Part shown: positions 1 to 8,989 of the stretch, one piece after another
Position numbering within the stretch: position 1 is the stretch's first letter
How the letters are laid out: each line of letters begins with the position of its first letter
Origin: Candidatus Electrothrix sp. GW3-4
Lineage (GTDB): Bacteria > Desulfobacterota > Desulfobulbia > Desulfobulbales > Desulfobulbaceae
NCBI RefSeq assembly: GCF_037902255.1
Contig: NZ_CP147990.1
Coordinates: 1,560,001 to 1,592,000, forward strand
Length of the DNA stretch: 32,000 bases
Direction of reading: 5' to 3'
Position numbers and translations under genes: made by a program
The notes under the pieces: model-generated
Seen by the model: only the letters and a program-made list of their open reading frames with translations
What the model was told of the DNA's origin: nothing
Database searches by the model: none

Positions 1-43
1 TAAGGCGTTGTCGGTGCTGAAACAGAGAGTAGGGAGAGAGATT

Positions 44-3000
44 ATGAGAAGAAGGATACGTACGATTCTATATGGCTTGGCAGGCGGTGCAGCATTGCTG
101 CTCCCGGGCGCCGGGCTGGCCAATGTCTGTAGTCAGGGAACAGGGATCCCTCCCTTTCTGTCTTCCGGGGCGAAGCCTAATTTGCTGATGGTGCTGGATA
201 ACTCCGGTTCCATGCTGGATGCGGCCTACAGTAAGACGGGGACCATATACAAAGAAGATGCCGATGGGAATCTCGTGCTGGATAACAATGGGGATCCTAT
301 TCCTCTGGAAAGCTCTGGAGGTACGGACTTGACCTACCAGCGTTGCCTGGATGGGGATTATGATATCAGCGAGTATGATAATAAGGGGATTGAAATTGTC
401 CCCTCTCTTGCCACTGTTATCGGTTACGAGGAGGCCAAAACATATGGAGGATATTTTAAAAACGATCAATGGTATCAGTGGAAGTGGAACACCGGAGCAT
501 ATGCCTATTCCTCCTGGCAGAGCGGGCAAACCTATGCGGTCGGAGATCGGGTCTACGACTACGGGAATATCTATGTCGCCACTTCAGCGGGCACGTCCGC
601 TGGGGATTCTATTGATAAGGACACAGGGGTTGACTGGGATCATCTCTTTTATCTGCCGCGCTGGACGAATAAGACGACCTATGCTGCGGGTTCTTTTGTC
701 TGGTACGGTAGCCAGTTGTTCTATACCGAAACTGGTGGAACCAGTAATGACCCTGACGATACAGACGGGCTGAACTTATCAGATGACACAGGGATCACGG
801 ATTGGACCGCAGTTGATTCAACCTGGCAGGCAAAAGCCTATGCAGCAGGAAAGATCGTTACCTACGAGGGAATATATTATCAAGCGCTATCTGATGTCAG
901 CAGTACAGATGTCAAACCCGGTGAGGATAACGGGGCGAAGTGGCAGAGCTTGCGCCAAGGAGCATTTGAGAAGATTGCTGCGACCGAGGCCTGTTCCGGG
1001 GCCGAGGCAACCGGGACAAAGTATACCCGGTCCAAAGCCTTGTGTCTCACGCTTGACGAGGCGGTGACCCCGAAAAAAGTGACCTCTTTTGCGGCTCTCG
1101 GTAATTTCCTGAATTGGGCCATGGCTTCCAAATTTGATGTTGAAAAGAAAATACTCACTGGCGGCAAGTTTAACTACGATGAAAAGGTCATGGTTGCCGA
1201 ACATCGGGGCTGCTCCGGTTCGCGTTTTCTTAAGCAGGTTAAATTGGACAGCGGAAAATTTCTTTCTTTGGGTGTTCGCGGCTCAAAGTATTCTGCAGAT
1301 GATCCGTTGATGTGGGATCGTATCGATACCACGGACGATACTACCCGGCTGGAGATCCTGGCTGTTACTGATGCGGGCTTTAAACCTTCTGCGGAATGCC
1401 AGGAAATGATTGACACGATTGCAACGAAGGAGCAGAGCGGGGCCAACTGGAGTCAGGCAATCACCGCCTGCCTGGACACCTTTCCGAACCATGATGATGC
1501 AATTTCGCATCAGCGGCCTATGCTGAACCACAGTCTGCAGTTCTGTTCCAAGGTTGACACTGATAATCTGCGTGATATCAGTGTGATTAAGAATGAATGC
1601 GGGGATCTTTACAGGGGAATCCAGACGGCAACGGCCGATCAGCCACCCTATGATCCGTCTGAGCTTGAGCCGGAATTCGGTGCTTATATTTGCTTCGGTA
1701 TCTATGATTCCGCAATATCGCCTGCGGAGCGGGCCGGGTATGTGGGCCGTTGCTGGGAACCGGCCAGCGGTCAGTTTAAGACCTGTGAACCGAAACCCGC
1801 TTCTTTGGAAAATAAATGTTCCGGTGATCCCTGTACCTACACAGACGCTGATGGCAACTTGTATCTGAATGAGACACCGGTCAATGGTGATGTCCGCTAT
1901 AATTATTTATGCGACAGCGTCCTTGTTGATAAAAAGACCGGAGAAAAAAGTTGCAAGACACAGAACGGAGATGAAGCGGGAAGTCGCAAGTACTGGATTC
2001 AACAGTATATGTGGTATTTTGAAGGAATTAATTCATATATAGGAACATGTACTGAAGGACAGGTCGCCGACGGCGTAACTCCTGCTGACTGGGAAAATGC
2101 CGATGATGCCGCTGCGGTGGAAGAATGTATTATCCAGGCCAGTATTGATTATTGTAACGATACATCTGTTCCCGAGGTTATTGATCCTTCGGATCAGGCC
2201 GGTGATACCACCACGACATGGAATATCCCCGGGGTGCTGACAGATTCGCAGATCCTGGTACAACTGGGCGGAAACTATCCCTTGTCAGTTATGAAAGGGT
2301 ATATTGCGGAAGATAACAGGCCGCAGGGCGTCATTCAGTCAGTGGCCCAGGACCTTCGTCTCGGAGCCATGGCCTTTAACTACGTCGGTGCACTGACAGA
2401 GTGTCAACAAGTGGACACAACAGGTATCGATAAATTTTGCCCCAAGAATAATCGGGATGGGGCCGTTCTCCTGACTGAACTGGAATCAGGGGATCTGGTG
2501 GTCGATGAGGATGATCCGACCTACCCAGAAAACTTTAATAAGCGCAGGCATGTGGATGATCTTGCCCAGTCAATTAATGATATTCAGGCAACCTCCTGGA
2601 CCCCTCTTGGCGAGGCATTGTATGAAGCCCTGGGATACTATACCCAGAATAATAAACTTTGCCTGAACTGCACAGAGAGAGATGTGGATGGCAGCTGCAT
2701 GGATATTCCTGGTAATTGCCTGGATTATCCCGTCTGTATGAAGTATGACGAGCAGTTTAACTGCATTGATACGGATCCGGTTGATGATCCGGTCCAGTAC
2801 TGGTGCCAGGATAATCATATATTGGTTATCACGGAAGGTGAGTCTACCGCAGATATAAATGCTGATGTTGGCTCTTTTCCGGTAGATGAAAACGATACTC
2901 GTTTTCTTTCAAAGGAGGGGAGCGATGAGCTGGCTGGCGATGCGGATGCAGATACAGGTGTTATCGACGGATGCGGGGACAGTCTGTACAGTAACACTTC

Positions 3001-6000
3001 CCTTGATGATATGACCTGGTGGGGGCAGCATGTTTCCCCCCTGTATAGAAACAGGTATCATGTTGATCCTGATGGTAATTATGAGCCAAAGCAAAATATT
3101 ACCACGCACATCGTCACCACTGGTACACTCACTGAAGGCGGAACCGGAGAGTGTAACCCTGATGAATTGATGCAATCCGCTGCTGTGAACGGAGGAACCG
3201 AAGGCTATTATCCGGGTGAAGACCCCCAAGAACTCGAAGATAATCTCTACGCCGTTTTGAGTGATATTATGAGTCGAGCCTCTTCAGGGTCAGCTGCCTC
3301 AGTTGTCTCAGATTCCAGGAGTGGATCAGGGGCGATGTATCAGGCCGTTTTTTGGCCGGAATACGAGGATGAGGCCGGAAATAAGGTGAGCTGGGTTGGT
3401 GATGTTCGCTCCTTGCTCCTGGATGCTGATGGGCTGATGTATGAGGACTCAGATCATAATGGTCAATTGGATACCGCAGTGGATCAAGAAATAGTCTTTT
3501 ATTATAGCAATAATGTCAAAAGAACCAGAGGCTGCTATGATGTTGATGGGTATAGAAAGGGGCCGGATGGTGTTGAAGGAACTGTGGATGACTATCAATG
3601 CAAAGGGGATTTAGACCCTGAGAGAGAGCCGTGTGCAAGCGATCCCACGAATTCAGCTTGTGCATGGGTAGATCAATGTACAGATGCAGATCCCTGTGTT
3701 GAGACCATGGATGTGGAGTATCTTTGGTCGGCGAATCAGCAGTTGCGGGACATGGAGGTCCTGACGGATCGCAAGGTCTATACCTGGAATGATATTGATA
3801 ACAATGGAATGGTTGATTCTGATAAAGGGGAATTGATTCGGCTTCGGGCTGGGACGGTTGATGAGACGGACTGGTCTGCCTTGAATACTGCAGCTGCCGC
3901 TGCAGGCAAGCGTGGCAAGGTGACAGAAGATTTTCTGACCTCGGGTGATTTGGGGACTTTTATTGGCAACAGCAGTAAGACCCAGGAGGAGATAGAGCTG
4001 GATGCTATGCGGTCCCTGACCAAATGGCTGCTAGGTGTGGATCAGGACGAAAAGGAAGTGACGGAGACGGATGCGGATGGCAATGTCGTTGCAAGTTGGA
4101 CAGCCAGGGCATTGCGCTCCAGACAGTATGACTTTACCGGTACTGGCACTGGAGTTACTCAGGAATGGCGCCTTGGAGATGTTATTCATTCAGCTCCTAC
4201 TGCTGTTTCTAAACCAGCAGAGTCATATAACCAGATCTATCGAGACCCAACCTATGCTGACTTTGCAAAATACTGGGATAAGCGCCGTATCGTGATTTAT
4301 TTTGGTGCCAATGATGGAATGCTTCATGCCGTGAATGGAGGGTTCTACCTTGACGAGTCGAAACAGTTTTGTTGTACTGCGGAAACAAAAACAGAGACAA
4401 AGACCGTAGCTGGGAATGAGGTGGAATACGAGGTCTGTGTTACGTCCCCTGTTGATGGAGTCTGTGATACTGGTAATCAATTTGGCGAGGAGTTGTGGGC
4501 CTATATCCCGTATAATCTTCAGCCTCATTTGAAATGTCTGGCTGATGAGTTTTATGACCATAAATATTATGTTGATCTTAAGCCGCGCATATTCGATGTC
4601 CAGATCTTTGCCGAGGAGCCGGAGTGCCGAGATCAGGACGGTTTGCTGGTAACCGAGCCCAACGCAGACTGTATCCACCCTGGCGGTTGGGGAACCATTT
4701 TGGTGGGCGGTATGCGCTTTGGTGGTGCCTCTGTTGACGCCATGACCTTGAATGATTTTACGGATAGCGTTGACGGATTGGCAGACCCTCGCCAGTTTAC
4801 CTCATCATTTTTTATTCTGGATATCACCAATCCTGAGTCGACTTCACCAGTTCTTCTTGGTGAATTGACAAGGAATACGGATGAGATTTTAGCGTACAGT
4901 GAAGTTCCGTTAGATGCTGGATATTGTGAAGAAATAAAAACTTGTATTATAAAGGAAGATCCAGATCTTTCTGATACACCGGATCTGTATGCGGACTGTA
5001 AGGCGAAGGCAATTTGTGCTGATAATTTTGTCGATCTCAACTATACCACCTCAAGTCCGGCAATGGTCGTTATGCGAGACGGCGATGCAGGATATGCGTC
5101 CTCGGAGTGGTATTTGGTTATGGGCAATGGCCCGTTGAGCATGGATGGAACCAATGCCAAGGGAGAAGCGGCGAGATTGGCCATCCTGCCACTGAAGTGG
5201 CTGGCAGGAACACTTGGACTTGGAGAAGACTGGAAGGATGGGATTCCTACTATACAGTACAATGATAAGCAACCGATTCGGATACCGAATGCGCTACCTG
5301 ATGCAAATGAGGGAGGGGTGTACACTGTTCCCCTGGCAGATAATGCAGGCTATGTTTCAGACATTATCTCGGTGGATTATAATATAGAGGCAACGAGCAC
5401 AGATGCTCTTGGTGCCAGATATCGCACAGATGCGGTCTACTTTGGCACCGCAGATGGCACTTGGCATCCTGAATATCCCAATGACTATTATGTGAAGAGT
5501 GGAGAGCAGCGGTATTGGAACGGTGGTGGCAGGTTGCTCCGTTTGGTCACGAAAGTTTTTGGGGCTGACGGTAAGGAGAAGGCCTCTACACCTGTAGACT
5601 GGACGGCTGCCTGGGATGATGGCAATCCCGTGCGAACGCTTTTGGATCTGAAGGCACCTATGGTTGCCGCGCCCTCTGTCGGTTTTGATGGCGACAACTA
5701 TTGGATTTATGCAGGGGCCGGACGCTTTTATGATGAGCTGGATAAAACTGATGAAGGACGTTGCCTGCCCGTTACTACGGCATGCCTTGAACCTGGGGCA
5801 TGTACTGACAATCCGGCGTGCTCTTCAGACCCTGCTTGTACCGGTACCTGCGAGGATCGAAGCAACATGGCCTATTTCGGGGTCAAGGAACCTGTTAAGG
5901 ACGGTACGATTGATCTTGGCGTCTTTGATGGCTGGAGCGACAGCTCCCTGTTTACCTCGGCAGATTGCTATTTTGATGATGATCCGTATGATAAAGATGA

Positions 6001-6883
6001 CTTTGATCCTGTGATGACCTGGGAGGAAATTAGTTGGAATGTTGACAACTGGCACATCACGAACGGTGATGTGGCAAATGTAACTGATCTACCTAATACG
6101 AACTTGAATCCAACTGGTCGTCCTGGCCAGAGGGGATTGATGCAGACGGATAATATCCTGGTGGGCAATCAAACAGGTTATCTTGCCTGTTGGCATTGTT
6201 ACATGGACGGTGATGACTTTACATGTGACAATTTAGATGAGGCAAAATGCTATGCCGGGGTCCCAGCAGATATGAATTTTCCCGTTGATGATCCGAAATT
6301 CAAAGGACCTATCTTTGATTATGATGTCGGCGAACTGGATATTAATGGCGATCCTATGGGGGCGTACACCTTTGATAAGCTGATTGATTACATAGCAGGG
6401 ACCGGATGTCGGGAGACAGAGGACGGCAAACATCTTGCGACCGGTCTTGACGGTTGGTACCATATCTTTCATGATCCCCGAGAACGAAATATCAGTACGG
6501 CCTCATTATTGGGGAATATGCTCTATTTTACGACCTATCAGCCTTTTAATGATAAGTGTAAGGCAGAGGGGCAGAGTTTTCTTTACGGGCTGTATTATCA
6601 GACAGGTACAGCATCGGCCGACGACGTCATTGGGACATTAGATCCTGACTTGCAGGATAATAATGGGACGCCGACCAAAGAACATGATAACCCTGATCCC
6701 ATGCAATACGACCAGCATAGGTTAACGATGCAAGGGCTGGTTATGCCGCCGACCCTGCATAACGGACCTGAAGGTCTGAGAGCGATACTGACTGATGCAT
6801 CTGGCAAGACCTCACAGCAGGAGGTTGGTGATGAAGATAGCATCAGGAGCGGCAGAGTGAATTGGTCAGATCAATGTAATTGA
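44..6883 (+). CDS. pilY1: Giant PilY1-like type IV pilus tip adhesin. It has a vWA/MIDAS N-terminus, three CBM5/12-like aromatic repeats, Cys-rich inserts and a PilY1/PilC-type C-terminal region.
   Basis: The ORF spans 8..6883. The best start is ATG 44, preceded by GGGAGAGAG (32-40) and followed by a signal-peptide-like N-terminus (MRRRIRTILYGLAGGAALLLPGAGLA). A MIDAS-type DNSGS lies at 197-211. PilY1-type motifs are FGANDGMLHAVNGG (4301-4342), GGMRFGG and FFILDITNP. EF-hand-like DxDxNGxxD loops lie at 3446-3472 and 3791-3817. Confidence 0.8.
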   Translation: MRRRIRTILYGLAGGAALLLPGAGLANVCSQGTGIPPFLSSGAKPNLLMVLDNSGSMLDAAYSKTGTIYKEDADGNLVLDNNGDPIPLESSGGTDLTYQRCLDGDYDISEYDNKGIEIVPSLATVIGYEEAKTYGGYFKNDQWYQWKWNTGAYAYSSWQSGQTYAVGDRVYDYGNIYVATSAGTSAGDSIDKDTGVDWDHLFYLPRWTNKTTYAAGSFVWYGSQLFYTETGGTSNDPDDTDGLNLSDDTGITDWTAVDSTWQAKAYAAGKIVTYEGIYYQALSDVSSTDVKPGEDNGAKWQSLRQGAFEKIAATEACSGAEATGTKYTRSKALCLTLDEAVTPKKVTSFAALGNFLNWAMASKFDVEKKILTGGKFNYDEKVMVAEHRGCSGSRFLKQVKLDSGKFLSLGVRGSKYSADDPLMWDRIDTTDDTTRLEILAVTDAGFKPSAECQEMIDTIATKEQSGANWSQAITACLDTFPNHDDAISHQRPMLNHSLQFCSKVDTDNLRDISVIKNECGDLYRGIQTATADQPPYDPSELEPEFGAYICFGIYDSAISPAERAGYVGRCWEPASGQFKTCEPKPASLENKCSGDPCTYTDADGNLYLNETPVNGDVRYNYLCDSVLVDKKTGEKSCKTQNGDEAGSRKYWIQQYMWYFEGINSYIGTCTEGQVADGVTPADWENADDAAAVEECIIQASIDYCNDTSVPEVIDPSDQAGDTTTTWNIPGVLTDSQILVQLGGNYPLSVMKGYIAEDNRPQGVIQSVAQDLRLGAMAFNYVGALTECQQVDTTGIDKFCPKNNRDGAVLLTELESGDLVVDEDDPTYPENFNKRRHVDDLAQSINDIQATSWTPLGEALYEALGYYTQNNKLCLNCTERDVDGSCMDIPGNCLDYPVCMKYDEQFNCIDTDPVDDPVQYWCQDNHILVITEGESTADINADVGSFPVDENDTRFLSKEGSDELAGDADADTGVIDGCGDSLYSNTSLDDMTWWGQHVSPLYRNRYHVDPDGNYEPKQNITTHIVTTGTLTEGGTGECNPDELMQSAAVNGGTEGYYPGEDPQELEDNLYAVLSDIMSRASSGSAASVVSDSRSGSGAMYQAVFWPEYEDEAGNKVSWVGDVRSLLLDADGLMYEDSDHNGQLDTAVDQEIVFYYSNNVKRTRGCYDVDGYRKGPDGVEGTVDDYQCKGDLDPEREPCASDPTNSACAWVDQCTDADPCVETMDVEYLWSANQQLRDMEVLTDRKVYTWNDIDNNGMVDSDKGELIRLRAGTVDETDWSALNTAAAAAGKRGKVTEDFLTSGDLGTFIGNSSKTQEEIELDAMRSLTKWLLGVDQDEKEVTETDADGNVVASWTARALRSRQYDFTGTGTGVTQEWRLGDVIHSAPTAVSKPAESYNQIYRDPTYADFAKYWDKRRIVIYFGANDGMLHAVNGGFYLDESKQFCCTAETKTETKTVAGNEVEYEVCVTSPVDGVCDTGNQFGEELWAYIPYNLQPHLKCLADEFYDHKYYVDLKPRIFDVQIFAEEPECRDQDGLLVTEPNADCIHPGGWGTILVGGMRFGGASVDAMTLNDFTDSVDGLADPRQFTSSFFILDITNPESTSPVLLGELTRNTDEILAYSEVPLDAGYCEEIKTCIIKEDPDLSDTPDLYADCKAKAICADNFVDLNYTTSSPAMVVMRDGDAGYASSEWYLVMGNGPLSMDGTNAKGEAARLAILPLKWLAGTLGLGEDWKDGIPTIQYNDKQPIRIPNALPDANEGGVYTVPLADNAGYVSDIISVDYNIEATSTDALGARYRTDAVYFGTADGTWHPEYPNDYYVKSGEQRYWNGGGRLLRLVTKVFGADGKEKASTPVDWTAAWDDGNPVRTLLDLKAPMVAAPSVGFDGDNYWIYAGAGRFYDELDKTDEGRCLPVTTACLEPGACTDNPACSSDPACTGTCEDRSNMAYFGVKEPVKDGTIDLGVFDGWSDSSLFTSADCYFDDDPYDKDDFDPVMTWEEISWNVDNWHITNGDVANVTDLPNTNLNPTGRPGQRGLMQTDNILVGNQTGYLACWHCYMDGDDFTCDNLDEAKCYAGVPADMNFPVDDPKFKGPIFDYDVGELDINGDPMGAYTFDKLIDYIAGTGCRETEDGKHLATGLDGWYHIFHDPRERNISTASLLGNMLYFTTYQPFNDKCKAEGQSFLYGLYYQTGTASADDVIGTLDPDLQDNNGTPTKEHDNPDPMQYDQHRLTMQGLVMPPTLHNGPEGLRAILTDASGKTSQQEVGDEDSIRSGRVNWSDQCN
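515..952 (+). repeat. Three tandem protein-level repeats of about 45 aa, resembling CBM5/12 (ChtBD3) carbohydrate-binding modules, encoded inside the pilY1-like gene.
   Basis: The units lie at 515-646, 662-814 and 824-952. Each follows W-x4/5-Y-x2-G-x2-V-x-Y-(x)-G-x2-Y ... W. Examples are WQSGQTYAVGDRVYDYGNIYVA..W, WTNKTTYAAGSFVWYGSQLFYT..W and WQAKAYAAGKIVTYEGIYYQA..W. The DNA of the three units is divergent. Confidence 0.5.
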
Positions 6884-6921
6884 TTAATTGTTCTGCCCGC
6901 TGCTATAAGGGGCATTGAGGG

Positions 6922-6962
6922 AAAAGACGACTTCTGAGGTAATTGAGAAGTCGTCTTTTTTT
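6922..6962 (+). terminator. Rho-independent terminator downstream of the pilY1-like gene.
   Basis: A perfect 14-bp stem pairs aaaagacgacttct (6922-6935) with agaagtcgtctttt (6946-6959). The loop is 10 nt, and a T-run continues to 6962. Confidence 0.8.
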
Positions 6963-6980
6963 GTCTCTGGCCAGGATGCT

Positions 6981-7022
6981 TTGATATCGACAATTAAATC
7001 AGGGGATATTGTCCAATATCAA
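6981..7022. promoter_or_regulatory. Imperfect AT-rich inverted repeat upstream of the sat promoter; a possible regulator-binding site.
   Basis: The arms are ttgatatcgacaat (6981-6994) and attgtccaatatcaa (7008-7022). They are complementary except for one bulged position. The repeat lies about 50-85 nt upstream of the putative sat -35. Confidence 0.3.
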
Positions 7023-7067
7023 ATAAATTGAACAAACTGTTTATCTGGATGAAAGAGGATTTTTTTC

Positions 7068-7095
7068 TTGACTTCTATGGCTTCCCGCCTATATT
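7068..7095 (+). promoter_or_regulatory. Putative sigma70-type promoter of sat.
   Basis: TTGACT (7068-7073), a 16-nt spacer, then TATATT (7090-7095). This would give a leader of about 120 nt before ATG 7223. Confidence 0.45.
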
Positions 7096-7222
7096 TACCT
7101 TCTTTTATACGTAATTCTCAGGCAGCCTGAGTGCCGCTGAAAACGGTTGCAGGCGATAGCGGGTGTTAAATCCGACAACAAATTGTAATACCATAACATT
7201 TAACTTGAAAGAGGAAAGGATT

Positions 7223-8500
7223 ATGTCTCAATTAGTAGCCCCTCATGGCGGAAAAGGTCTTGTTTGTGCTCTGCTGCACGGTAGCGAGTTGGTTGCAGAG
7301 AAAGAGAAGGCCGCAGGGCTGAAGAAGGTGCAGGTGAGTGCCCGCGCTAAAGGTGACCTGATCATGATGGGTATCGGCGGGTTTTCTCCGCTGGATGGTT
7401 TCATGAATAAGGCTGACTGGAAAGGCGTTTGTGAGAATTTTCAGATGGCTGACGGCACCTTCTGGCCTGTACCGATTACCTTGGATATCGCCAAGGAAGA
7501 TGCAAGTGCCATTGAGTTGGGTGAAGAGATCGCCTTGGAAGCTGACGGTGAGATCATGGCCACCATGAAGGTCACCGAGAAATACGAAATGACCGAGGCC
7601 GATAAGAAATGGGAATGTGAAAAAGTCTTCATGGGCGAAGGTGAAGAGTCTGTAGACGGAAATTTCTGGAAGATTGCACCGGAAGATCATCCTGGTGTTA
7701 TCATGGTCATGAACCAGAAAGATGTTAATATCGCTGGCCCTGTAAAGGTCCTTTCTCAGGGAAGCTATCCTGATGAGTATCCCGGAGTTTACCTGACCCC
7801 GGCTGAGACCCGAGCTATGTTTGAGGAGCGTGGTTGGTCAAAGGTTGCTGCGCTTCAGCTGCGTAACCCCATGCACCGCTCCCATGAGTTCCTGGCCAAA
7901 ATCGCTATCGAGGTATGCGATGGTTGTTTGATCCATTCTCTGATCGGGAACCTGAAGCCTGGCGACATTCCGGCTGACACCCGCGTAAAGGCTATTGAGA
8001 TTCTGATCGAAAATTACTTTGTTAAAGATAACGTCATCAACGGTGGTTATCCGCTGGATATGCGCTATGCTGGTCCCCGTGAAGGCCTGCTGCACGCCAC
8101 CTTCCGTCAGAACTACGGTATCACCGATATGCTGATCGGGCGTGACCATGCCGGTGTTGGTGACTTCTATGGTCTGTTTGAGGCCCAGGAAATCTTTGAC
8201 CGCGTTCCGAAAACCGGAGAGCCGGGCAAAGATCTGCTCTGCCAGCCTATGAAGATCGACTGGACCTTTTACTGTCACAAGTGTGATGGTATGGCTTCTC
8301 TGCGTACCTGTAACCACACCAAAGACGATCGCGTTATCCTGTCCGGTACTAAGCTCCGTAAGGCGCTTTCTGAGGGTGCAGATATCGTGGATCATTTTGG
8401 TCGTGACGAGGTCCTGGATCACCTCAAGAAGTACTATGCTGGTCTGACCGAAAAGGTTGAGGTCAAGATGCAGGGTGCTGCTTCTGGTGACTCTATGTAG
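7223..8500 (+). CDS. sat: Sulfate adenylyltransferase (ATP sulfurylase).
   Basis: ATG 7223 is preceded by GAGGAAAGG. Motifs are [11 protein letters not shown] and GRDHAGVG, and the N-terminus is [10 protein letters not shown]. The product is 425 aa. The ORF-track start at 7163 is an upstream in-frame alternative with no RBS. Confidence 0.93.
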   Translation: MSQLVAPHGGKGLVCALLHGSELVAEKEKAAGLKKVQVSARAKGDLIMMGIGGFSPLDGFMNKADWKGVCENFQMADGTFWPVPITLDIAKEDASAIELGEEIALEADGEIMATMKVTEKYEMTEADKKWECEKVFMGEGEESVDGNFWKIAPEDHPGVIMVMNQKDVNIAGPVKVLSQGSYPDEYPGVYLTPAETRAMFEERGWSKVAALQLRNPMHRSHEFLAKIAIEVCDGCLIHSLIGNLKPGDIPADTRVKAIEILIENYFVKDNVINGGYPLDMRYAGPREGLLHATFRQNYGITDMLIGRDHAGVGDFYGLFEAQEIFDRVPKTGEPGKDLLCQPMKIDWTFYCHKCDGMASLRTCNHTKDDRVILSGTKLRKALSEGADIVDHFGRDEVLDHLKKYYAGLTEKVEVKMQGAASGDSM

Positions 8501-8525
8501 TACCAGCCAGTCTCTGGTTGTGTCT

Positions 8526-8547
8526 GGGGCGAATCCACTTTCGCCCC
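8526..8547. terminator. GC-rich hairpin between the convergent sat and 8582..8989 genes; a possible bidirectional terminator with no U-tract.
   Basis: ggggcgaa (8526-8533) pairs with ttcgcccc (8540-8547) across a 6-nt loop. Neither strand has a clear T-run. Confidence 0.35.
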
Positions 8548-8581
8548 AAATGCCTGTCAAAGGGGTGAGACGTACTCGCCC

Positions 8582-8989
8582 TTATGGCAAGGCCTGATAT
8601 TCCTCCGCAAGCTCATAGAGCTTATCAAGATATTCCCCTCTCTGGTGGAGCCGATTGGTCGCCTCCATCTCCTGTATCAACCAAGGAAGCTGCTCTCGTA
8701 TATCAAGTCCATAACTATTCAGCTGTCTTTTGTTTGCCTGGTCAAGAATAAGGACCGAATAGTAGGTAACCAAGAGTCGCGTTGCCGGATCCCGACGAAA
8801 GAGGTAGGAGCGACCTCCTAAGGTGTTGAGAAAAAAGCCTGCATACTCATAGAGGGCAGGGAAGGGGATCTCCAGCCTTTGCTTGCCACTGACACATTTC
8901 TTCTCCTTTGTACTGAGGTGATACATCTCTGCTGCAATGTTTTCAAAATCGGTTGATTCCTGTTGAAGCACCTTCTGGAGGAGATGCAT
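8582..8989 (-). CDS. Hypothetical protein; the true N-terminus may lie upstream of 8989.
   Basis: A 135-aa ORF starts at ATG 8989, with AAGGA 4 nt upstream. The same frame stays open and looks coding up to 9160, but contains no ATG, GTG or TTG there. I recognised no family. Confidence 0.55.
   Translation of the reverse strand: MHLLQKVLQQESTDFENIAAEMYHLSTKEKKCVSGKQRLEIPFPALYEYAGFFLNTLGGRSYLFRRDPATRLLVTYYSVLILDQANKRQLNSYGLDIREQLPWLIQEMEATNRLHQRGEYLDKLYELAEEYQALP

Noticed and set aside
8-43. ORF-track starts lie upstream of the starts I chose: 8 vs 44, 7163 vs 7223, 11254 vs 11302, 14172 vs 14217, 16854 vs 16833, 17103 vs 17145, 22946 vs 22964, and 31354 vs 31126.
   Set aside because: The upstream codons are mostly alternative starts or ATGs without a Shine-Dalgarno. 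They add residues that do not match the conserved family N-termini. The downstream ATGs have RBS-like purine tracts at proper spacing.
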